From Cyanidioschyzon merolae (taxonomy: Eukaryota): DNA of 64,000 nt. Position 1 is the stretch's first letter, and each line of letters opens with the position of its first letter. The translations under genes were made by a program, and so were the position numbers. Below the pieces are notes generated by a model. That model was given only the letters and a program-made list of their open reading frames with translations. It was not told the DNA's origin and searched no databases. Shown piece by piece: positions 21,181-32,266 of the stretch. The stretch lies in the NCBI GenBank assembly GCA_000091205.1, contig AP006500.2; one strand, 5' to 3'.

Positions 21181-23265
21181 ATGCGAGCGTGTTGGCGTGC
21201 TGTGTGGTCGTTCGGGGTGCTAGCGGCCTGCCTGCGGGGTGAGCAACGCCACCGGGAGGCTGCGTTTGCCTGGCTCTGTGCAGCCCAGAGCGCTGAGGCT
21301 GAAAGCGCGCTCGGGTGGCCGTTGCCGCGGGCAACGACAACGCAGCCTCTGGACTGGTTAACGCGGCCGAGCTTGGGGTCTCTGCTGGACTCGGCACCGG
21401 CAAATCAAGTCCTTTTGAGGTTTTGGGCTGCGCGCGAGCTCTTCGACTATCTGGTGACGCTGCAGCACGCGGGGCTGTTGCGATGCAGCGAGGGGAGAGG
21501 CTTTGCGTGGAAACCGGGGGCACGCTTCGAACTTTTGGAGGGTGCGCTTGTCGAGCGGCAGTTTCGGGAAGCCTGTATACAGGAAGACGTGGCGTGTCTC
21601 CGAACGATATTGGTTCGGCTGCAGGTTACGCTCCAACACGAGCAAACGCTGCGCGCGGCGTTGCTACGTCCCGTGCAACGACTAAGTGCAGAGGTGCTAC
21701 TCTTGCACGTTCATTCCATGCACGTTTCGGCCGCAGTCATGATCGGCGACAGCGCTGGTGCGCGTCAGGCCATTCGTGACGCTATTCGGATCCTGGAGGG
21801 CCCCGACGCTGATGGCGCCTTGCAGCAAACTGTGGACCTGACCGCGTGGCGAACACATTTTTGGCTGGAATGGATACGCCTGGTTAGCGTAGAGTCAGGT
21901 TTGCAAGCAGCTTTAGCGGAATGCGACGTCGCTGAAGCCGCCGGCGCGGACCCTGAGTGCATTCACCGTTCGCGTCAGGAGATCGTTTTCGCCGTTTCCC
22001 TGACGCACGAGAAGCGATGCCCAGCGGCCCCGGATGAGGGTTTACCGCTACAGCTTGACAAACGAGTGAAAGCGCAACCAGAGGAAATCGCTGGCGCAGG
22101 CATGCCAGAGACATTGAAGCGCTTTTGGATGATTGGTCTATCCCTGTTGCACGAACATTGCTCGTTTATGCTTGCTCCATCTGCCGTTTCGGCGCTGTCG
22201 AGCAGTGCAGAGACTTTATCAGTGTCGAACTCGATGGATGCGGCCAAAATGCGGCGTGAGCATGACTTGCCATGCAGTGCGTGCCCGGCAGAGTCAGACT
22301 CGGTGCCAGTACACACCGTCTCCGTGGAGAAGCGCTCGAGCTGGCGCTCTTTGCCTACGTGGCAAACAGACCCGGATTACGACAGTCTCGCTGAGCTTGA
22401 TGAAGATATCGGCAGGCAGCAGGTTCGAAAGACGCCCATCCGGATTGGATTCGCAGAAGCGCTCGCCGTCGCTTCTACAGCCGCCTGGTCTGCGCGCGCA
22501 TCGCTGCAAAGCTATGAACTGGTGAAATGCGCTGAATCCCTACTGGTGCTCGCGCAGGCAACGCATTGGCTCTATCGCTTGACGCTAACGATGCCCTCTT
22601 TCTGGTTCTGGAGCAGCCTGGGGCGCATTGCCACTCGCGCTGCGGCAGAGTGGCTCCTTGGTCGTGCAGCTGATTTGCGGGCGCTTTTAAAGCAGTCCAG
22701 CGGATGGACCGAGCTGCACCGCCGAGCGGGATCCAGTTCCCTGAGCAGGTTCCTAACGCTGCATGTGCTGGAAACATTCGAGCAAAGTACGGACGCCAAG
22801 CCGTCGCGGACGCTGTCGCATGATCTCCGGAACGCAGTACTGTCGCTTCAGGAAAACAATATCATCGTTGCGAAGACGTTGCTTGAACCGTGGCTCGATA
22901 CGGTCGAATCGCCAGCATCCTACGAACACGCGCTCGCGTGCTTTCTCTACGCCCAAACGCTCAGCATGCTCGGAATATACGAAGAAAAAGCGTCGCTGTA
23001 CCTGGAGCTGGCAGAGAGGGCTAGCATGGCAGGCAATTACAGGATTCTCTCCTACGCAATTGACCAGCTCAGGGCGCGAACCGGGAATCATTATGCGCTC
23101 GAAACAACGAACGCAGGCACTGCAGGGTCGCTGCTTAGATCCCGAGAGCAAGCGGAGCAGGAAATTTGGAGCTTTCTGGAACAGAATCCAGCCATTTGTG
23201 AGCAACTCGCTGGCGCACTGCAGATGGCGAGCACCCTGGTCGAGCGGGATACCAGCACACCATGA
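21181..23265 (+). CDS. Hypothetical large helical protein (694 aa)
   Basis: Long ORF with helical-repeat-like composition. No family recognised. Overlapping opposite-strand ORFs are regarded as GC-driven artefacts. Confidence 0.35.
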   Translation: MRACWRAVWSFGVLAACLRGEQRHREAAFAWLCAAQSAEAESALGWPLPRATTTQPLDWLTRPSLGSLLDSAPANQVLLRFWAARELFDYLVTLQHAGLLRCSEGRGFAWKPGARFELLEGALVERQFREACIQEDVACLRTILVRLQVTLQHEQTLRAALLRPVQRLSAEVLLLHVHSMHVSAAVMIGDSAGARQAIRDAIRILEGPDADGALQQTVDLTAWRTHFWLEWIRLVSVESGLQAALAECDVAEAAGADPECIHRSRQEIVFAVSLTHEKRCPAAPDEGLPLQLDKRVKAQPEEIAGAGMPETLKRFWMIGLSLLHEHCSFMLAPSAVSALSSSAETLSVSNSMDAAKMRREHDLPCSACPAESDSVPVHTVSVEKRSSWRSLPTWQTDPDYDSLAELDEDIGRQQVRKTPIRIGFAEALAVASTAAWSARASLQSYELVKCAESLLVLAQATHWLYRLTLTMPSFWFWSSLGRIATRAAAEWLLGRAADLRALLKQSSGWTELHRRAGSSSLSRFLTLHVLETFEQSTDAKPSRTLSHDLRNAVLSLQENNIIVAKTLLEPWLDTVESPASYEHALACFLYAQTLSMLGIYEEKASLYLELAERASMAGNYRILSYAIDQLRARTGNHYALETTNAGTAGSLLRSREQAEQEIWSFLEQNPAICEQLAGALQMASTLVERDTSTP

Positions 23266-26200
23266 GATATGTCGCGTTGCTACCGAGCTATGGACCAAAT
23301 GGATGCAGCGTTCTAGACCCGAGGATCGCCTGTTTCTGGTTCAGATCGAGTCACGTGCATCGGACGTGTATGCGGTTCGAATAGCATTCGATAGCGGAGC
23401 ATCACGGTATTCGAGGCGCGTTGCGCTGAGAGCAGCGAATTCTGGAACACTTGTACCAGCACGCCGTTTACGTTTTTGCTTGCTTCTCTCACAGGTGTTC
23501 AATGGGAGCAATGTATCGATTTGATTGGAGGAAGTTCGCGGAAAGATGTGATACTGTCCGTGTAGGTTTGGGAGAAAACAGCCGTCCTTGTACAAGTCAG
23601 TTGCTCTACAGTCAGCGCGTGGACGAACCACGTTTCGTTTTTTGTTTATCGTGAACGTCGTGCACCGCAAACGAAAAATATCGAACCATAATGACACGGC
23701 TGCATTCTTGTCAATGCATATCACTCCATATGCTCTCTCTCCGGAATATGACCAAAGAAGCCACAGTATATGAAGTTTACGCACCGTTGTTACGAACGGT
23801 GATGAAAAGACACAAATAGATAATAAGGAACAAGTGCGCTCTTTGCCGGACCTTCGCGCGTGAACGAGCACACGATCGATAGCTTACTGAAACGCGAATG
23901 CTTACGACTGGCGGGGCGGGTGCTCATCTCACTCGATGAGACTGCATCCAGCGGAAATGGAAGACCCGCATATGGGTATTCAAAGAGTGGCACGCCGCTG
24001 CTCGCAGGGAAGTAACAAGCGAACATTCCGAGCAAATCAGCACCAACGAAGATTCCATCGCGCGGTCGTCTACGAATCTGCACCCAGACACGATCCTTCA
24101 ATGCCTTTTCTTTCGTTCAAGCACTCTTCGTGGCTTTGTTTTCACAGATGCTGCTTTGCCGCTCTAGGAAAAAGACGCTTTTTTGTCTTCAGTCAAGCGC
24201 GGTCAAAGAGCATGTAGCTGCGATTGGCATTGAGATGAGCTTCATGGCAGACTCTCCTCCCTGGTTTGATTCCGTCTGAGGCGTCTTCTCTGATGTAAAC
24301 TGTCATTTTACCCTGCGGGATCCATAGAAGACATGTTCACGTCCGTGAGGTCGAAAGATGTTGGACGCTGTGCCATCTCGCCCAGCTACCGTCTCATAGA
24401 CGCACCTTTTCAACCAACTGTTCGTACGAGTTCCGGGCATGGGGCTATCAGCTGTCCATATTCCTCTGGAACGTATCTATCAAATCTTCATGCGAAAATG
24501 CAGTAGATGCTCGGGACAGATGATTCTATTCCGCATGATCGTGGGATCCGCGATTTGCTCACACACACACACAGTCACACGTTCCAGAATACCCTCAAGG
24601 ATTGGCGCGGCGTTTCAGTGAACAACATCGTTTCGAAAACACTGGTACCAAATCGTATGAAACCAAGCTCAAAGCGAAAAACGACATGCGGTTCCTTTTC
24701 GAGCGCTTCCTGAGGTGCGCCCGGTGCCCATGTTACCCGTTGCACCCTCATGTTACTGGCTCGAAAAAGTAAGAACTGTTGGGAACGAGTCTTCAAGTAC
24801 CAATGAAAGCGAATGACGGGCTAAGAGCGTCCAAGTTCGAGGTCGCAATGACCGTGGAAGAGATGTCGAATCGAGAACGAAAATCGCTTCGAATTGCCCA
24901 CGCTTATCGTGTCGCTCTCAAACCCGAACCGGGGGTCGTCTTCTCGAAAGCAAAGCTGAAATGTGATGGCTGCCCTGCTCGCATCATGCGCTACTACAAC
25001 GTTCTCCTGGTCAGAGCTCCCCTGATCAAAACAGACGCCCTTCCCGAATTCGAGCGCCGTAACCTCCTCAAGTGTCCATGCGATGTGGTCCACAGGGTTC
25101 ACATCGAGGCCCAGGATATCACCGTAGACTCTCGTGTGTACAGTACTGCATCGCGTCCTCTTTGAGTCACACCTTGTCTCTGCGAAAACCGCTGAACGAT
25201 TCCACCAACTTTGCGTATGGCTTTGGCGGAGCCCGTTCAAGATTTCTCTTTTCCACGGAGGAATTGAAAACAAAATTACATACACGATGGAGACCGACAA
25301 AATATGAATCGTCATGCACTTTGTGAAACCGAAGCCCCGTGTTAAGCGACGAGTCTCATCGCTAACCGTTCGCGGATGATGAAGGGAACAACATCCCGAC
25401 AAACTCGGAACCCGAGCCGAACAGCACCATGGCCGTCGCCGCAGTTCCGGGTCACGACGTCGGAGCCAGGCATCTCCAAACGAAAGCACATGAAGCTGCC
25501 TCCAATTACCGAGCGCGGTACCATCGGGATTCCGACATACTGGACACCAGGAGGCATACCACCGAGTGGATAGACGACGTCAGGACTCCTGTGGATGCTG
25601 CGAACACCGTATGGAGTACACGGGGTTGCTGTGGACCTTTTTTCCTTCAGAGGTCGTAGACGTACGTCCAAATGGGTTTTGCGGACGATGTCTGGCATGC
25701 GTACTCGGGACGGCTTCGAGGTCGCCGACGGTTTCGGTTCGACGGATGCAACAAGCGTACAATCGCCGACTTGTTCAATGCGATGGAAAAGGAAATGACC
25801 GACATATTTGGCGATCTAGGGGTCGCCTATGGCGCTGGACTTGTTGGAGCGCGCGCTACAGCCGCACTCCCTCTCCTTCGACAAGGGCGCGCACATCGTG
25901 CAGGAATCGATTCTACACGATTCCCATCGATGAATTCAGGACAGCACGCAAGCATCACGACCATGGGAGTACGCTGCTACTGGCGGAAAAGCAGAGCGTC
26001 AAACAGGGCACCATGCACCAGAAGGTGTTCGGTTCGTTGACCGAACATCAGACGGCAGGCCTATCCAGAATGAGGGGCATGCTGCGGTGCGATTCCACCA
26101 TCAGCAATGTGTACAAGCACTTGATGTACTGAGACCTGAACGCGTCGATCGGCATCCGGAAACATCTCGCACCGCCGAAGCGTCTAGCGCCTCTGTGTCG

Positions 26201-27669
26201 AGCGGTCTTTAGCGTCAATCGTTTCGTACCGCTTGAAGACATTTCGCTGAAATGCTCCAGACTTGATGAAAAATAACGGCGGCCAGCAGAGCATGTATTG
26301 GATGTTTGCCTGGAGCGGGGCACTGGGGTTATAGGGTCGGGAAGCCAACGATGCTGGCATACCGTATGTCTATGTACGATGCGATCGGTTCTCCCTGGAA
26401 ACTGATGCGCGACAATGCTGTTCCAGGATTCCATATGACTGCGTACATGCCACTGGGCAATGCGTTCAGTAACGACAAGTGGTTGTGGCGGATCAGCTGG
26501 TCCACTACAGCAGTTTTCACTGCTACCTTCGGCTTACTGCTCATTCATGCACCGTCATCATTGAACAGATCGGCGTCAACACTTTGGATCGAACGATCCG
26601 TACCGCAAGTCGTGTCGAAACTGCTGGTGCGCTGCTCCGGGCTGCTGCACCCGTATCAATAGACGAAATGCGGGATGTGCATGTCCAACGCTGAGCGACC
26701 GCCGGGGATGACGTTCTCATTAGGTTCATGGATCGCCCCAGGTGCATAAAAGGCACTTTAAATCAGACTGGTGCGACTTTCGTCTCCTGAAACGCCCGCT
26801 ACACCGCTCAGATGCAGCGCATGCGCCCCGGGACGCAGCGGTTGCATCTGAGAACCTGTCCAGCTTTCTGGCTTTCAATCTACCACAGCAGCGACCTGTT
26901 TCCGGGTCTCAGTATCGTATGCAGCAAGACGCGGATATTCCCGCAACTAGCCACTGATCGTTGCTGATCACAGCGACTGCAAAAAATTCCAGCTGTTCGC
27001 TCGGAATCCGGACTGTAGGTTCGAGCGTGCAGTCTCGGGCGCAGATGACTGCAGGCTCTGGTCCACCAACAGACGACCATACCCGAGACAAGTGTTCGCA
27101 ACCATTGCTCCACTCCGAGCAGTCTGAACAGCATCCAACAACGGAGGGGCCTCCGCAACCAACATGGACCCCGCTGCGGACCCCGGCAACGCTGATCCCT
27201 TTGGAAACGCGCACCCGACTGCTGCACCACACGGCCAGTGTACAAGACCGAGCCTGGCATGCAGTCCGCTGCACCCACAATCGGTAACCACCGAGCATGC
27301 ACGCAGCGCTATATGAAGAGCAATGAATCCGGGAAATCTGCTGGTAGCTCTCAAGCTTGGGGATGCAGCGCGCTGGTCGCTGAATGGCCGGACCTCCAGC
27401 TCAGTGTACCACGTTATCGATGGAGCATTTCTCATGGGGACCAGCTCGCTGCCTCGCTTTCAAGCAGTCTGACACGGTAAACAATGAGCCAATCTAGTCT
27501 ATGGGCTGCTCTCTCTCGGGAATCGCCAATGACAACAAAAAAGATTCGCAAGATATCCGAGACACCGCCTCTCCGCAGCGACAACGGGATCATCATCGCT
27601 CACCGGGTTGCTCAAATACCTTCGTACTCGGACAGGAGCGGTCGCTGCCGTCAGTATTGCCTATAATCA

Positions 27670-28584
27670 ATGGGGATTCGGCGAACGCTGGTTGCCTGCA
27701 CCGGTCGAATACCGCACCCAAACAACGTCCTGGCTGTTGGCGGTAGTGCGTCCTCCGCGCGTCATCCAATAATGTACATTTTGATACCACAATTGCTATT
27801 CTTATCCGTATTTTCAAATCGCCATGACGGTCGCACGCATGCGGAGCGCTGGTGGCGTCATGGCGCTGACCCCGCTCCCTGGGATGCAGTGTCGAACTTG
27901 CTGCTCATGTCGGATGCTACGGCTTTTCGGGAAGAACTGAGTTTTCTGGAGTCTGGGACACGTGTGTTACAGGAGCAGTTCATCGAAATCGAGTCACTTT
28001 GGAGCCAAGTAGGTGCGCTCGAGCGTTGCGTCTGCGACTCCACACTGTATGTTCGAAAGTGGCTTCGTGAACTCGCAGCGCACTGTCCCGTGGCAGATGA
28101 AGCAACGCTGACAGCGCTCTTCGAGCGCGTTAACGAAGCAGCTCGAGTGTCGTCTGGTGGCTCGGGGACTGCCTCCGCCGTTGCCGTAGGTACAACAGTC
28201 CCGAAGGACCCGCGAGACAGCGGGCTGCTAGCAGCACGGAGCGGCCCCGCAGCAAAAGAGTCACTGCGAGAAGCTGGTCAACGCGCTGCATCCTCGGCGC
28301 TCAAAGTGTGCAGCAAGGCGGAGCGTGATCGGAAAGAAGTTCGTAAGCTCTTGTCGAAGCTGGAGAACCAACGCCTTCGAACGGATCCGCAGCTGGAAGC
28401 GGTGCTAATGTTGCTGTGGCGGAACCGGCCTGCCGGGCTCTATGTGCATGATCTCATGCAAGAGACGCGACTCTCGCGAATGCGTTTGAACACGTTTCTG
28501 CACGCCTTGGTGAAGAGTGGCTTGGTACAGAAACAGGCTCGGAAGGGCTTGATCTATTCGCTGTGTCGAGAGCACTGCGGCTGA
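27670..28584 (+). CDS. Hypothetical protein with a possible C-terminal winged-helix-like region
   Basis: 304-aa ORF. C-terminal LYVHDLMQETRLSRMRLNTFLHALVKSGLVQKQARKGLIYSL. Confidence 0.3.
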   Translation: MGIRRTLVACTGRIPHPNNVLAVGGSASSARHPIMYILIPQLLFLSVFSNRHDGRTHAERWWRHGADPAPWDAVSNLLLMSDATAFREELSFLESGTRVLQEQFIEIESLWSQVGALERCVCDSTLYVRKWLRELAAHCPVADEATLTALFERVNEAARVSSGGSGTASAVAVGTTVPKDPRDSGLLAARSGPAAKESLREAGQRAASSALKVCSKAERDRKEVRKLLSKLENQRLRTDPQLEAVLMLLWRNRPAGLYVHDLMQETRLSRMRLNTFLHALVKSGLVQKQARKGLIYSLCREHCG

Positions 28585-28789
28585 TGTGCAGGCATCGCGC
28601 GAGCGCGCACACCAGGTTTCGAAGGTCTCGCGACGTCCAGCTGCAGACTCTAGCCTGGCGAAGTGGTCGATCGCACGGGTAGCAAAGTGTTCCAGCAGGC
28701 AACAAGTGTATTTGTCCAGGAATCGAAATAAGTACCAGCTGTGTCACGATGTCATGAGCATATCCCGCACCTGCAGCATGACAAACAAG

Positions 28790-29295
28790 TATGCCCATAT
28801 CGCTGCGGTCGACGCCCGTGAAAGCCAGTCAGACGGACTCCATCACGTTTACACGCGTATGTGTTGGTGTTCGTGCGCTGAAGAATCATTTCGAAAAGCC
28901 GCCCATGCCGGACGCGCTAAACTGCACCCCTGCGTCAGCATACGCCCACAACGACATGGGATGTCGTGTGCGTCGCCTCGTAGAGGCGGACGTTTACAGC
29001 ACCTAAGCTGGCTCGAGCGATCCTGTCTGCAGGAACGCTGCACTGTGTGCCTCTGTTTGCATCTGTCGCCTGTGGGGCGTTCACGGTACGTGAAGCCCCC
29101 GATGCACGAAGATTCGTGCCTCTATGGAAGCCGCGAATATGCATGAGGCCGTAGCGCCTTGGCGGTGCGTCTGTGTGCTTCTCTCTCTCTCTGTGTGTGT
29201 GTGTGTGTCTGTGTCGTCCAGTACACTGTGGATGCATGAAGAGCTCAGCGTTGCCCGCTATGGCATCCACGGTAGCGTCGTCGACGGCAAGCATG
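28790..29295. repeat. Inverted-repeat left arm, about 506 bp with an internal (CT)5(GT)9. It lies about 360 bp upstream of the NDUFAF7-like start.
   Basis: The reverse complement matches 34280-34792 almost base-for-base. ORF peptides at 28791-29006(+) and 34570-34941(-), and at 29173-29382(+) and 34095-34403(-), are identical over the arm. Confidence 0.9.
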
Positions 29296-29653
29296 CTTTT
29301 CGTCTCGCAATCACGCGTTCGGCCTGCTTCTTGGAAAAAAAGTCGCTTCAAGGAGCACTCGACATTTGCGAAACTGACATAGAATCTTCTGGTTCCTCGA
29401 GATTCTGCTCAAACTTAGGCTCTGCGTTGCTTGCGCTTTGGAAGTTTCGCGCTGCGCGAGAGCACTTCAGCGTCAGGTCTACCGGGCGACGCCTAGTCGA
29501 GAGACGACCAAAGGACTTGCTCGCTCGTTTGCTGCACACTATGAGACTATAAAAGTACCGTGCAGTATAGGCGTATTTGGGAGATTTTATACTAGTGTGT
29601 TCTGAGCGCCCTTGAGACAGTGAAGCGCCTCTGAGCCCACTGCTTCCCCTGCA

Positions 29654-30215
29654 GTGCACTTGAACATGGAAACACCACTACTACGAGCGCTGGTGCGACG
29701 CATCCGCACACTTGGACCGCTGACAGTCTCAGAGTACATGCAGACTTGTGCACTGCACCCGCAATACGGTTACTACCAGACCGGCAAGGACAAGATCGGT
29801 CGAAAAGGTGATTTTGTCACGGCTCCAGAGGTATCTCCGATCTTCGGAGAACTCGTAGCGCTCTGGTTCATGGTCCAGTGGCGCGACTGGCTCCAAAGTC
29901 CTAGACAGATTCGTCTGATAGAGCTCGGACCAGGGACGGGTACACTGATGAAGAATATGTTACAGACAGCGCGACAGTTTCCAGAGTTTTACCGCGCGCT
30001 CCATGTCCAGTTGCTTGAAGCGGGTCGTCCGTTTCAAGCGCGGCAGCAAAGCATGCTCCAGGCTTACGTACAAGAGCGCAAAGTCTCATGGTTGGACGCT
30101 TTAGATCTTGATGGATTTGATGCGTCAGCTGGTAGCGACAGCGGGCCAGTTATGTTTCTCGCGCATGAATTCCTAGACGCACTGCCGGTACACCATTTTG
30201 TGCGCTGCCAGCGTA

Positions 30216-30270
<55 letters not shown>

Positions 30271-30919
30271 AGTCGCATGGTCGGAGCGCTTGGTCGATAT
30301 CGTGGACGGTGGCGAGACGAACAGCCCGCGCCTTCGCTTTGTTCAGAGTCGCGGTATCACGCCGGCTGCGGCGTTGTGGACGAGCCATCCGCTGCTTCGG
30401 CCGATGCTCGAGCACGAACAACTCACGGCAATTGAGGTACCGACGGGTGCCATGGCCGTTATCGAACGAATATGTCGGATCATGAGTCAACGTGGCGGTG
30501 TCGCGCTAGTCGTGGATTACGCCAAAGCGGCGGAACCGCCGTTGGCATGCACTTTGCGAGCGGTGCGGCAGCATCGGTTCGAGGACCCTCTGGTTGCGCC
30601 CGGCGAGGCGGATATCACCGTTGATGTGGACTTTGACTTGCTTGCAAAGGTAGCGCAGGCGACTGCTCCAGCTTTGCAGGTGCATGTACTGAGCCAGCGT
30701 GAGTTTCTCTTGCGTATGGGCTTGCAAGTTCGTCTACAGGTGGTTGCCCGCAAACATCAGGATGCAGCGTCCCGTTTATTTGCTGCTTGTCAGCGGCTGA
30801 TCGCACCGGAAGCAATGGGCCACGTCTATCAAGTGATGGGTATTGCATCTTCAATACCGAATGGCAATCGGGCGCCATACGATGTGCTGTTTCCGTTCCA
30901 CGCGCGGCCTAGCACCTAA
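29654..30919 (+). CDS. NDUFAF7: NDUFAF7/MidA-family (DUF185) methyltransferase with an internal polyglutamine insertion.
   Basis: GDFVTAPEVSPIFGELVALWFMVQW ... IELGPGTGTLMKNM ... LAHEFLDALPVH are MidA/NDUFAF7 hallmarks. (CAG)17 at 30218-30268 encodes Q17. Confidence 0.7.
30218..30268. repeat. (CAG)17 microsatellite inside the NDUFAF7-like CDS, encoding polyQ.
   Basis: read directly. Confidence 0.95.
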
Positions 30920-32266
30920 GTCGAAAGAGAGTGTGCCTCTACGCACACGCGCAGCGTTTTCCTTTGGTTGCACGCTCGGTCCAGGGCCATTGCAGTGCAC
31001 CGGAATTGCGAGTGCCTTTGGAATGACCCTCTGGTGCAATGTGTGTACGCGTTGCGGAAGATTCATTGTGAACGCGCTGCATGATGCGCGCGAGGCGCCG
31101 ACCCAGACCTTGTGGCTATGCGCTCCGAAACCCCCAGCACGAAACGGCGTCGTCGTAGGGTCACTTGGGCGCGAGGCGCGGCTGCGTCAGTCTATTAGCG
31201 CACTGAACTGCATGACAAGAACGGACGCCTAGACAGCAGTCGTCGAGCTGGGGCTCTCTGTACAGTTTTTCAGTTCTCGTGGTGTGACATTCATAAAGAA
31301 GCGATTTTTACAAGTCTGTGACATAAAGGGTGGTGCTCCAGCGCGTCTGCTCGATGAAGGATTGCCCCGAACCGTGGGCCTAGGCACGTCACCACCAAAA
31401 GAACGCGTTACGTACGCCATAAGCATATGCCGCAGCATGCTCATCGCGCAGCTCTCCATCGACAGATCAAGCTGGTTATCGTGAAAGCCATCCAGGTCCG
31501 CGCTTGCCCCGCCGGACTATATAAAGAAGAACGGAGACTATGGAATCATCCGTAGATGTCTATCCAGGCATGTATGTATATTTGCGTACCTGTATCGGTG
31601 CGTGGATACGTGTGTATAGCCACACAAGCATTCGTGGTTGTACTCGTGCTCAGGTGCGTGCATGCCGTCATGCAAAAGCGCCAATGTACATGTGCGTGCC
31701 TCCGTGCCTTCGTCTACACACACCCATGAGCATCCTTGCAAGTATTCATGCGTTCATCTACGCATGCCAATGTATATCATGACGTGCATTCGAGCACGTT
31801 GCTTCTTGGCGCTCGCACGCAACCGCGATGCAAACGTCGCTACCGTAAACCGACTATGGAGCTGGTTTTTTGGACCCTTTCGCAAAAAGCAAACAGTTAC
31901 AGAGTCTGTCGGGTTCAGATACGATTCGCTCCGACGCTTCCTAATGATTTACGTGTCCTTTGATGACAATAAAGGCGACCAGAAGTGCTTGCTCTTACAG
32001 CATCGAGCGCGCAAGTCGGAGCAGCGGAAGCACGCCCTCTGAGGCAGCATCTACGGACACTAGGCGCGTATCCGGGAGCCTCTGGCTCCATTCATCGACC
32101 AGTGACCAGAAAAGAAACCCCCTTGCGATCTTTGGAACACCAAGAGTTCCACGCCTGACGCCCGAAACCGTTGGTGCGTTGCTTAAAGAGAATTTCTTCT
32201 GCTTTTGGCGAGCTGTCCAAACGCCAAAACGCAGCCATTCGAACATAGGAAACACTAGAGCATCCG

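Noticed and set aside
20579-21523. 314-aa minus-strand ORF of low complexity and rich in A, R and P
   Set aside because: It overlaps the start of the 21181-23265(+) gene. It is compositionally typical of antisense or GC-driven open frames and has no motifs.
24779-25489. Overlapping ORFs on both strands, 24779-25165(+) and 24821-25489(-)
   Set aside because: Neither shows a recognisable family. The plus frame has a protein-like composition (KFEVAMTVEEMSNRERKSLRIAHAYRV...), but I could not assign it. Left unannotated.
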